Origin: Octopus bimaculoides
Lineage: Eukaryota
Length of the DNA stretch: 64,000 bases
Direction of reading: 5' to 3'
Assembly: GCF_001194135.2 (NCBI RefSeq)
Contig: NC_068993.1
Location: 57,129,418 to 57,193,417 of the forward strand
Each line of letters begins with the position of its first letter. The stretch's first letter is position 1. Positions 53,901-64,000 of this stretch are shown here, piece after piece. The position numbers and the translations under genes are program-made. The notes beneath the pieces were generated by a model. That model ran no database searches and was not told the DNA's origin. It saw only the letters and a list, made by a program, of their open reading frames with translations.

Positions 53901-54004
53901 TTAGCAAAAACAGCAAGAACTCTCTCGCCAGCACTTGTCGTCGCATATCTTGCAACACCCAATTCCACAATTACAGATGGTTAACCTGCTAGGCAAGCGG
54001 TCAG
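53901..54004 (-). CDS. Candidate terminal exon encoding a cysteine-rich peptide
   Basis: Acceptor cttcgttttacag, phase 1, DRLPSRLTICNCGIGCCKICDDKCWRESSCCFC then TAA. Not a simple repeat. The other two frames stop within 8 codons. Confidence 0.55.
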
Positions 54005-54319
54005 CTGTAAAACGAAGTTCATCCGTCACTTAGTGAAAAATGTCAGAAAAACCTCGTTCCTGGCTTCAGCAGCCGGGTTTCCCAATAATAGATGTCACCT
54101 ATCATATCATTTGGTAGATTATATTTATATATCTCAAGCATAAAAAAGATATCTTCGAGCTTTAACAAGAGATATAGTCGCCCTTCAGAAGTAGATACCA
54201 GTATAGTACATAGATAAATCATAATCTTGGTTGTCGCATTTCTTTACTGAATTTCATTCTATTAATTTCTTTCTTTTTACTTTGATGATACGAAAATAGA
54301 ATTTTCTGGTAATGATGAT

Positions 54320-54620
54320 AATGATAACGACGATGGACTCTGTTGTCGAAGACGAGGGGTAAGCATTCGGCTTTTGCCGAACGGCCGGAACAAATGAACG
54401 TTTTATAGTGACCAAATGTTCGTGCTGTACATTAGTTCACTGCCTTCATCAAAGCGACGGTGTCTGAACGCGTGCATTCTGTGGCAGGCGTCAGGTGTCA
54501 AAGGGCTCCCAGAGCATCGTGCGACGAAGTGTTTCGCTCAAGAACCCAACGCACCACGCGGTCTAGGAATTGAAATCACGATCGCTACGTCGTGACTGCA
54601 CCACCATAACCACTAAGCAT
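54320..54620 (-). mobile_element. tRNA-like SINE related to family C, with a different tail
   Basis: Minus-strand head gcatgcttagtggttatggtggtgcagtc...atttcaattcc, then ttcttgagcgaaacactt. Confidence 0.7.
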
Positions 54621-54623
54621 GCG

Positions 54624-54654
54624 AATAATAATAATAATAACAATAATAATAATG

Positions 54655-54722
<68 letters not shown>
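54624..54722. repeat. (AAT)n microsatellite
   Basis: Seen directly. Confidence 0.95.
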
Positions 54723-54723
<1 letters not shown>

Positions 54724-55059
54724 TGAAAGAAGAAGATAAAATCAACAGCTCTGACGATTTAAAGTGGGAAATGCGTAGGTCGACGAAGAGAGTAGTGCAG
54801 TTGTGTTATACAGAGTTCCGTTTCAATAGTTGCAGAGCTAAACCTGTAAGAATAATATGAGCAGGAAGTACCTAACAGAGGGCTAATGTTCTGAGGAGAA
54901 AGACTGGGCCTAGTAGTTTATGGGGAGCCAACGCATACAACAAGAGTAATGTTAATTGGGAAGAGATGAGGTCGGAATGGCTTAAGTACGCTCCTGGCCA
55001 GATTTGAGAGAGTTCATTATCTTATCGATAGTTTTAAGACGGCAAAGTAGGTCAGCGCC

Positions 55060-55222
55060 TTTTCGTTAGTCTTTATGATCTGGGTTCGAATTCTGCGGAA
55101 TCCGACTTTGTTTTTTATCCTCCTACTACTCAATAAAACAAACACAAGTTGAGCACTGGGGTCGAGGAAATCAACACACGCCGCCCTCAAAAATTCAGGA
55201 TCGCTAGTAGAAAGAATTATTT
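55060..55222 (+). mobile_element. SINE-A (degenerate)
   Basis: gggttcgaattctgcggaatccgactttg...gagcactggggtcgag. Confidence 0.65.
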
Positions 55223-57429
55223 AGTGATAGTAAAGGCAAAAAAACGAGACAGCACAATTATAAGCCAAGGAAAAAGAGAGTGTCTGTTAGTAAATGAATG
55301 TCAATCAATCGAGTAATCCTTCTCTGGAAGCAATCTAGGATGTGTGTGGACATGGTCGAAAAGGAATACATATAACTTACATGGATCATATAAAGTGTTT
55401 ATATGCTTAAAATTACGCTATTATATATGAAATAGCAACATAAAATACATGTCACAAATACAAAAGTTAAAATGAGTTTCGAGAATGACAAAAGAACTTC
55501 ATATTTTGGAACATAATCCTACACATAGGCAGGGAGAGGAAAGAAAATTTCCCACGTGACATTTCCGATGTCCATTTTAACCAACGAAAATGTTGTCAGA
55601 TCTCAAGGACATAGGTTCTTACTTAATATATAGAAACCGTCTATGAAAGTGCTTCTGCAAGGTTTCCCGCTTGCTAGGAATAACAACCAAATTATCTTTA
55701 AGGTACACCATATCAACATAGAAACAGAAAGACGCCTTCATACTATATTCTTTTGTATCGTATGCCTAGAAAAGTGGACGAGATGTTCGGATTTAAATTA
55801 CATTTGATAATAGGTCCAGGCAAGGAAATTATCTTGAACATCAACATAAACAGCTGTAATAACAAAGCAACAACAACAGCAGTAACAGCAACAACAATAG
55901 TAGAAGAAGCAGGAAATCGGAACTACAACAATAAATCAAATCAAGGATAACAGATGCATCAAAATAGAGAAAACAGTATTTGTACACAATGGAGTTATAT
56001 TACAAATTGTAATTTGAATACAATAGGAAAAACACGGAAGCAAAAGAAAGCAATCCATGAAGGGAGAGCAAACAGGGGCTGCACTGACTTGTGCAACAAA
56101 AGTAATCAATAAGAAATAAATTTGCTAGAAATAACAATCAAGTATCCGGCAAACCATGGCGTACCATTACAAAAAAAAGAGTTGACGCAATGGATAATAT
56201 GTTCTTGTATGTATTATGGCTAGGAAAATCAAGTAGGGAAAAAACGGGAGGTTCATATCTGGAACGTCTTGATAATCAATGCTAACACAGAAGTCAACAG
56301 AAACAGCTGGAGCAGCAGCAATAGTAACAAACAGATACAGCAGCAATAGTAACATCAGAGTGTAGTACTAGGATGTATTGCAGTTATATTAGACGGAGGT
56401 GTTTGAATGCATTAGTAACATATGGACAGAAAACAGGACAATTCATATACATGGAGTTTCTGGTTTCTGCAAAAGAAAGCAATAATAATCGGACACGCTG
56501 GAAATAACGGCCAAACCTCCCTCAGATCATACCATGCAGTTAGAAAAATGATATGGAATGACGTACCGCATAATGTATTCTTATGGATTCTACGGTAAGA
56601 AAAAAAATGTAAGACACGAGATGCTCACAGCTGGAATTCCTTTGACAATGAATGGTAATTTGGATTTATATATATATCAAAAATACAAGTGTAAAAACAA
56701 CAAAAACAACAACAGCAGCAGTAACTTTAATGATGGCAACAGCAGCAGTAACATACAGAAAGTAGTTTCTTGTAGGTACCTGCAGTTGTGTTATACAGAG
56801 TATTTTGAATAGAAGAGAAAAACACGGAAGCTAAACAAGGCAATTCATGCACACGGAGCTGTGTTGGTTTGTGCAGCAAAAGCTAGAAATAACAATAGGA
56901 CTACAGAGCAAAACGACAAAGCAAAAACAAAAGCAAAACAATGAATTGTGGTTCAAACTTTCCTGAACAAAAAGCAGAAACGGGAAGTCTGATTTTAGCT
57001 GCACTGGATCAATGCTTAGAAACAAATAACTGTAATTTCAAAAGGTTTACACAAAATGCAGAAAATGCAATAAATACAATGAATAAAATGATATTATGTT
57101 GGACTTTGCAAGGCAAGGCTGAGCATATCTACAGATACGATCAAATCATCAGTTATATGCTGGGATGTTATATTTTCCCTTCTATTTCTTCGATTATTAT
57201 GGTCAGGGGAAAATGGCTACTTCTTTTGATACAGTTGTCTGGCATTAAAATTTTCATTCTGATAAAATCAAATATGTAAAGATTTTAAGTGTTATTAAGT
57301 TAGAAAAGAATGGAAGAGCCGGCTGAAGACCAAACAAATTTCTCTCGGCCACGATTTTAACGCCATTTTAAAGTTACACTTGAAAAGGAAATTGAAGGTT
57401 CAGATGAAATCGGACAAAAGGCTACTATA

Positions 57430-57765
57430 CCTGTCTGTCGTCAAAGCTCTAGAGACGTTGCAACCTTACCAGGTCTCTGCACATCAGTTATAACGGCATA
57501 TCTAGGACTCCATGCAACGGATTATGACAATAAACGCCCCGTCGGACTAACGGAACTCCTCTCCACAGAAAGTGGAAAAGCAAACGCTCCACTTTAATCA
57601 GTCATGAAGCTGGGTAAGACAAGTTAGTCAGATGATTGTAGACGATGGATTCAATGTAGGTATTCGCCAGTGCCACACTATCTTTTAGGGATAGATGCCT
57701 CTTGACCTTTTGTGTGGTGAGACTGGCCACTTCCCTACTCAACTTTCCTAGTTCTTCAGAATAAA
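57430..57765 (-). mobile_element. L1/Tx1-clade LINE ORF2 remnant (post-RT region)
   Basis: RHLSLKDSVALANTYIESIVY...LIKVERLLFHFLWRGVPLVRRGVYCHNPLHGVLDMP matches the Tx1/L1 pattern R.LSL.G.....N........Y....FLW.G....V.R....P...GGLG.P. Confidence 0.8.
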
Positions 57766-58387
57766 GTTTGGTCAATTTTTAACACATTTAAACCTCAAAG
57801 GTGCGACAAACGAAACCGCGAGCACGCTCTGTGTTGTGGTAGGCTTTGACAAATGCTATGCAACAAATTTTTGACAACTACCAACTTTTGAACATATAAA
57901 CGAATGGAACAATCGTACGAACAACTCGAAGCAACATTTTGCTATTCCACAACAAAAATACCAATACTCCTAACTTGGTGAACATTGAACATGAAAGAAT
58001 GCTAATTCAATATTTCCATTGACGTTCTATCAAATAATAACGAACGGAATAAAAGTTATTATAAAAATGTTCATGGATAACAGTAAATACATAAAATTGT
58101 TAGTGCAATTGTATCGGTTTTCTTCTGATGCTAAATAATAGCGCATTTGAAAAAATGTTCATAGTGCTCGGTGATTGCCACCATATGTAAATAAACTAAC
58201 ATAACACACATCAAATGACCACCGATCAAATCCGTATTCAATGTGTACATACCCTTGGAAGTTAATTGCTCGCTATAGCCATTTTCCGTCTGTGCGTTCC
58301 TTTTATAATCGTTTACTAGATGTGAGACTTTCATATTTTGTACATTTAAAAAAAATATTATTTGACACTCGTACTAAATTCAATATT

Positions 58388-58600
58388 CAAGTGCGAGCTG
58401 ACAGAATTGGTAGCACGCCGGACAAAATGCTTAATGACATTTCGACCATCTTTACATTCTGATTTGAAATTCCGCTCTCGTCAATTTCGCTTTTCAACCT
58501 TTCGAGGTTGATAAAATATGTACAATTGCAATTCTTGGGTCGATGTAATCGAATTACAAGCTGCTCAAAATTACTGGCCTTGCATCAAAATTTGAAAGCA
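58388..58600 (+). mobile_element. SINE family A
   Basis: aagtgcgagctgacagaattggtagcacgccggacaaaatgc...actggccttgcatcaaaatttgaa. Confidence 0.85.
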
Positions 58601-59200
58601 ATATGGAAATAAATCCTTTGAAATGTGTTGGCCTCTCATGCTATAGTTTAGATTGAACCAGTGTATTTACTATTTCCACTGCGATAGGTTTATAACTCTT
58701 CAGCAGTAATGATCTGATTTAATAATGGGGCTATTCCGTACATAAGTGAATAATTATGGTATAAAAGAAAGAGTGCCGATTGATTCTTCGCACTTTTTTT
58801 CCCTCCTGACATTTATGTATGATTAACAACGCCCGATGTGTGAAATGCATCGTTAAGCGGATAAACTCTATGAAATTACGTACGACGTGTTCTCTGTTGA
58901 CTAGATATCCAATGAAAATCTGACGTTTATTATGCACCCAGTCGTGCAAACGTGTTCTTGGTTTCATCAGCCAGATGCAACAATTTACAGTCATTGCCAC
59001 TGCAGCTTTAACAACTGTTATCTATTTCGTATCTTTCGATAGATCGCCATTCCGTTAACACTTTCTCGTAGCCTAGCACTGCAGGCGATCACATATCAAT
59101 AGTACAAATTTACCGTGATGCATAGTGCATCTTACGAACATTTCCGTACAAGGAACTATCATAACGAATTGAAAATAAATATAAACTATAACGCCGTTCA

Positions 59201-59600
59201 TCAAAGGAAACACGTGTAATATTTTGGGTCGCTATGATTGGATATCTCCTTTATTTACGAATACTGTGTAATTGGGATTTTACCAACAACCATACAACGC
59301 TGAGAACTTTGACCATAATGTTTCAAGCTTCACTTCATTTTGAGGAATATGAGCAGGAAGTGCTTAACTGAGGTCGGAATGGTTTAAGTACGCTCCTGGC
59401 CAGACCCGAGTTAGTTCATTATCTTATCGATAATTTTAAGACGCGAAGTAGGTTAGCGTCAAAGTAAAAACGTGCAATATTTTGGGGCGATATGATTGGA
59501 TATGTCCTTTATTTACGAATACTGTGTAATTGGGATTTTACCAACAGTCATACAACGCTGAGAACTTTGACCACAATTTATCAAGCTTCACTTCATTTTG
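59201..59600. repeat. 142-bp direct repeats flanking a 116-bp insert
   Basis: 59201-59342 and 59459-59600 are colinear with scattered substitutions. Confidence 0.9.
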
Positions 59601-61357
59601 TTCTGCGATGTTAATATTTTGCTGCTCCTAAAAAAAAAAGAGAGAGAGAGAATTAGAGTAAATATTCTTGTGTTAAGCTCCCCCCCACTGTTAATTAACA
59701 ATAAACTAGTGAAGTGTGATATTGGTTTTTGCTATTATACATTATAATTATCGTCTGAGTTGTGAAATTATATTCTTATCCCAGTAATTACAGCATAAAT
59801 AATTCAACGCTTAAAAAAGTATTAAACCTTCAGAAAACAAATAAAGTTAAACAAAAAATTTTAAAAAATCATTGCGAAAGAAAAACATGGGAATAAACCT
59901 AACACGAATACCCCCTCCGAAAAAAATAAACAAAGTCAAAAAGAAAACAAGGTTAATATCTAAATACAACACACCAATCCTTAGAACACTAATTGACTAG
60001 CAATACAACGGACCAGAATAACACGCAAAAAAGTTATAAATCAATGACATTTGAAAAAGATGTAAGATTTCTAAAGACGAGAATTATGAATATGGCAGTA
60101 ACGTAATGGTGGAAATAATTGAAATCGACTGATTTTCCTTCGGGCTAAGAAAATCGCGCCTAAGAAACTTAAGCGATAAAATACAACGTTTAATAAAAGA
60201 AATAAAAATAAAACATCTGACCATCTTAGACTTGAAGAAAAGTTATAAATTATCAATATATGAAGGAGAAATCAAATGATAAATGCTGTTACTAGGTTAG
60301 AAAGAATGCAACATTCGTAATGTTTTCGGATTTGTTTCTACAGAAAGATAATAATCTATGAAAGCATCATGAAAACCAAAGCCTAAGATGCGGGGAAAAC
60401 CAGAAAAAAAAAGAATATTTAATGAAATGATTAACAAGCATACACCTCGAAAATGTGTTAATTCTTAACTGATACATCAATTTAAAATGAACAGTATTCA
60501 GTAGAAGAAAACCCCAAACAATCACAATCCAAAAGATGTTCCCAAGAACTACGACAACATAGAAATAAATATCTACGCACACAAATAGCAAGGATTTAAT
60601 TTGGTCTCAGATTACGTTATAAAAAATACTGCGACGGACAAGGATGTTGAAATAATGTGCAAAATTCAAGACAAGTGGTAAACCAAACATCCAACTGGAA
60701 AGCACAAGGATATTTTATAATCTAAAACGTCTTGCTAAAATTATTAAGAGGTGATGTAAAATTCTGACTAATATATTTCATAAATTTAATCAATAATCAG
60801 AAACATTTTCTGTATCATTCATTGAAAAAAAAAAGCACATGATTAGAGAAAGAGACCCCAAAAAACTACGGATGGAATTAACATTCCTTCGCCTACAACT
60901 AACAAAACCTTAAATATGATAAAAAAGAAAAAAAACGTATATAAACACCAGAGAAATGTAACTAATTTACAGAAGAGTACAAAGGATGTAAGTAAAAGGA
61001 CAAATTAATGAGGACAAATGAATGAGGACAAATTAATGATCAAAAACGTATAATGGAAGATCATGAGAGAGCAAAGTCTGAAAGTGATATTGTCTAATTA
61101 CGACAGCATTAGTGCATGAGGTTCATGAAAACACTATCTGGCAGTAATGGCATCCTGTAATAAGCGGGAGCATTAAACATGTCAGTATTCTGCAGATGCA
61201 AACACAATATAAAACCTAAACCCGTCTCTATTAGGTGTGTAGTATTGAAAGGAAACTACCGCTTTGCATTCGTTGTTTCCTAAAGCTAAATTTCTCGGCT
61301 AATATGGTAAAAAGAGTGTTTAAACATATATAAAAAAAATATACTTTGATATTGTTT

Positions 61358-61545
61358 TCTACTCTAGGCAAAAGGCCCGAAATCTTTTGGGGGAGGGGGC
61401 CAGTCGATTAGATCGACCTCACTACGCGACTGGTACTTAATTTATCGACTCCGAAAGGACGATTGGTAAAGTCGACTTCAGCGGAATTTGAACTCAGAAA
61501 GTAAAGACAAACAAAATACTGCTAAGCATTTCGCCCGACGTGCTA
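61358..61545 (-). mobile_element. SINE family A
   Basis: Near full-length reverse-complement copy. Confidence 0.9.
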
Positions 61546-61563
61546 TAAAGAATTACACGTTGA

Positions 61564-62900
61564 TATGTGAATGATTTCAAGTTGTCGTCTGCAGACCATA
61601 AACAACTAGAGACACTGCAACAGACAATACACGGTTTACACTGACTCCATGTTAACTGACACGGGATTTCGCTAAGGAAACTTGGACAAGAAACTTAAAA
61701 AATAACAGCTCACTAACTGCACTGATACCATACTAAATAGAAACGAAACATAAACAAGTCAGTAAAATTAGTGACTTAAGACAAGATTTAGTGAAACAGT
61801 CAGAGTTAACACCTCTACTCGGTTATATAGGAAAAGTTTGAGAACGAATATTATAGACACATTATACCAATGCTAAATTGAATTAGATACAAAACAAGGT
61901 AATAGGTATAGAAATTCAAGCTTTCCCAGTAATAAATATAAGTTATAATCTTCTAAACAGTCGTTAAATGAACTAGCTAGACTAGACGAGTGAAAAATAC
62001 ATGAAAATGATGACTGTATTTATATGAAATAATTCAAATATGACACAAAAATATATTTGCTATGAATACATTGGGGCAGTGTTTTATGGAAGTAGAAAGC
62101 TATTATATAATATGGAGGATACGTGTACCTAGAAAAATATCTCGTAAAGAATAACGGAAAACTAATACAAATGTCTACAAAGCACAAGCAAAAATTGTTT
62201 TCTGTTTTCAAGGAAGCTGGAAATAGAAGACAAAAGTTGGAGCGACCAGGAGTTAGAATATGTGTGTGTGGGCGGAGGTAATAACTGATTTTATGCGAAA
62301 CGAAAAACTAATGTAAAGCTTGAAGCTGTAGAATGTGTAAAAATAATAGCAAGAAAATCCCTGACAAGACCTGAAAGAGATTAAAAAACACTCCTCAGAG
62401 TAGGCTTAGAAGCACGGGACTCGAAGCTGAGATGAAGGGATTTTTTATTGTGATACAGAATTGGATTTTCCGCACTATTGAAATTATGTCAGCGTTAGCA
62501 AATATCAACTGAAAAGCGTTGGTATAAAGTATATTAGAAAAGATTTTAGAGAATGTCAAAGAGAGCATATTCTGACATTAAGTCAATAATTCATAGAGGC
62601 AACATATCGACAGTTTATTGTTTTCAAGGACTTGTAGGAAAAGAAGTACGCCTTCATGGAAGTATCACTCCCACGTTATTATAATGTATCTCCACACGAA
62701 ATGGAAAAGCCATGTTAGTGAAAAGATCTTTAGGTAGGGATTATTCAAATGTGGTCAATGAATATAGAAAAATCTCTATAATAAGATTGAGAAAGTATTG
62801 AGAAATTAAGAATGTGTTATCAAGATGCAGAGGATAACAAGCGAAAATCCATGTGTTGCTCATGCATAGCATACAAGGAGAAAACATAGCACTAGTAAGT
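61564..62900 (+). mobile_element. R4/Dong-like LINE remnant (RT end to restriction-like endonuclease region)
   Basis: YVNDFKLSSADHKQLETLQQTIHG (cf. YMDDLKL), NKVIGIEIQAFPVINISYNLLN, STGLEAEMKGFFIVIQ (cf. LK.ETEG...AAQDQ) and EVSLP..NVS..EMEK. Heavily decayed. Confidence 0.7.
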
Positions 62901-63059
62901 GTTGCAGATATATTTCGTAGAGTACTTCCAGTGCAAAATAATTCACAAGAAACAACAAAACATCTGAGTCTTCAGCAAAAGTACACAGCAGGGATTAAGA
63001 CTACGAATCACTAGTAACATTTTTTCGTATAGTCAAGCAAATTTATAGAGATGCTCAGG

Positions 63060-63190
63060 GTTAATCAACTACAACGTAAGGATAGAAAGTGAAGTCGAAC
63101 GCTGTGGAATTTGAACACAGAACGAGATAAGTGGCAAAGTGCAGCCCAGTATTCTGCCCGGATTGCTAACGATTGTGCCAGACCATCTCC
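63060..63190 (-). mobile_element. SINE-A fragment
   Basis: gtcgaacgctgtggaatttgaacacagaac...ttgctaacgattgtgccag. Confidence 0.7.
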
Positions 63191-63779
63191 ACGTAATTAA
63201 AAATAAAACTTATAATATAGTATTCACAATGTATCGTTTCAATGCTATGTCAGACAGCAAAATATATCCATAGATTTTTGCCAATTCTGTATGCAATAAG
63301 CAGATATAAATACTTAGTCTTTATAGTATATAAATATTTAATAACAAGTTTTTGGCTAAAATCATTAATTACATTTTGTACTAAAACGTAAATTAATAAT
63401 TGTTTCTAACTTTGCTACAAAGTCGCACATCTTTGAAGGAAATTGTTTTGCAGACTCCTTTGACGCTTGTTCGTGATTTGATATTTAATATTTTTTTAAA
63501 ACCTGAAATCCTAGCAAGGCTCAAAGTTCCTGATTAGGTTTTGAACTCAAAACACAAAGGGGCAATTAATGATTTCTTCTGAAAAAAAAAAGAAGGAAAA
63601 TATTCGCGACAACATAAGATAATGAACTACTCCTGTTTTTTAAAAAAATTTTTTTTTACCGTTTCTCTCAAAAATGTTTGTCTAATCAATAGAGAGCATG
63701 ATTACACTTTGAAGATTTTGTGTCCTGTAATAAAACTTAACCGCCAGTTAAAAAAAATATAAATTACATTGCATTTGTT

Positions 63780-63900
63780 GTTTTGTGACTGCTGATGTCG
63801 ATGCTGATGATGGTAGTGATGATAGTGGTGATGATGATGATGATGATGAGGATAATGATGATGTCGATGATGATGAATATACTGAGGATGATGTTGATAC
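63780..63900. repeat. Imperfect (GAT/TGA)n repeat
   Basis: Seen directly. Confidence 0.9.
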
Positions 63901-64000
63901 CGTTTGTGGCTTTTTTGTTTGACGAAAAAGAAAATATCTGCCTGTGTAATAAAGTCGGGCTTGTAATAAAGAAGCTGTCGCAGTCTCTGACACATACATG

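Noticed and set aside
54430-54460. Hammerhead-like UUGAUGAAG in the SINE tail (minus strand), and CUGAUGA at ~58970
   Set aside because: There is no GAAA after a pairable stem II and no stem I.
55623-55673. 51-nt phase 1-1 exon (SGKPCRSTFIDGFYIL) as the upstream partner of the Cys-rich exon
   Set aside because: It overlaps a motif (gctaggaataacaaccaaa) related to repeated blocks at ~56125, ~56500 and ~56882, so it is likely repeat-derived.
57361-57596. 79-codon plus-strand open frame (KEIEGSDEIGQK...)
   Set aside because: It is explained as the antisense shadow of the L1/Tx1 ORF2 remnant.
63702-63999. Poly-His and poly-Ser ORFs
   Set aside because: They come from the imperfect (GAT)n repeat with no coding context.

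Overview
This is AT-rich, repeat-dense eukaryotic DNA from a short-read assembly with 20 N-gaps, most flanked by microsatellites. The SINE, LINE and DNA-transposon families look like those I recall from coleoid cephalopods, most likely Octopus; this is an inference, not a database result. No complete gene, rRNA, tRNA gene or CRISPR array can be supported. The window holds: (1) many copies of at least four tRNA-like SINE families; (2) decayed coding remnants of mariner, maT/DD37D, hAT, CR1/L2-type, L1/Tx1, RTE and R4/Dong elements, plus a mariner-type MITE; (3) Penelope-type minimal hammerhead-ribozyme motifs, one in an inverted repeat next to a Pol III B-box; (4) a 1-kb frame-preserving minisatellite with a 240-bp higher-order repeat; (5) several minus-strand exon candidates, the best being a 104-nt terminal-type exon encoding 9 Cys in 24 residues. 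Most ORFs in the supplied track are artefacts of microsatellites or N-runs.
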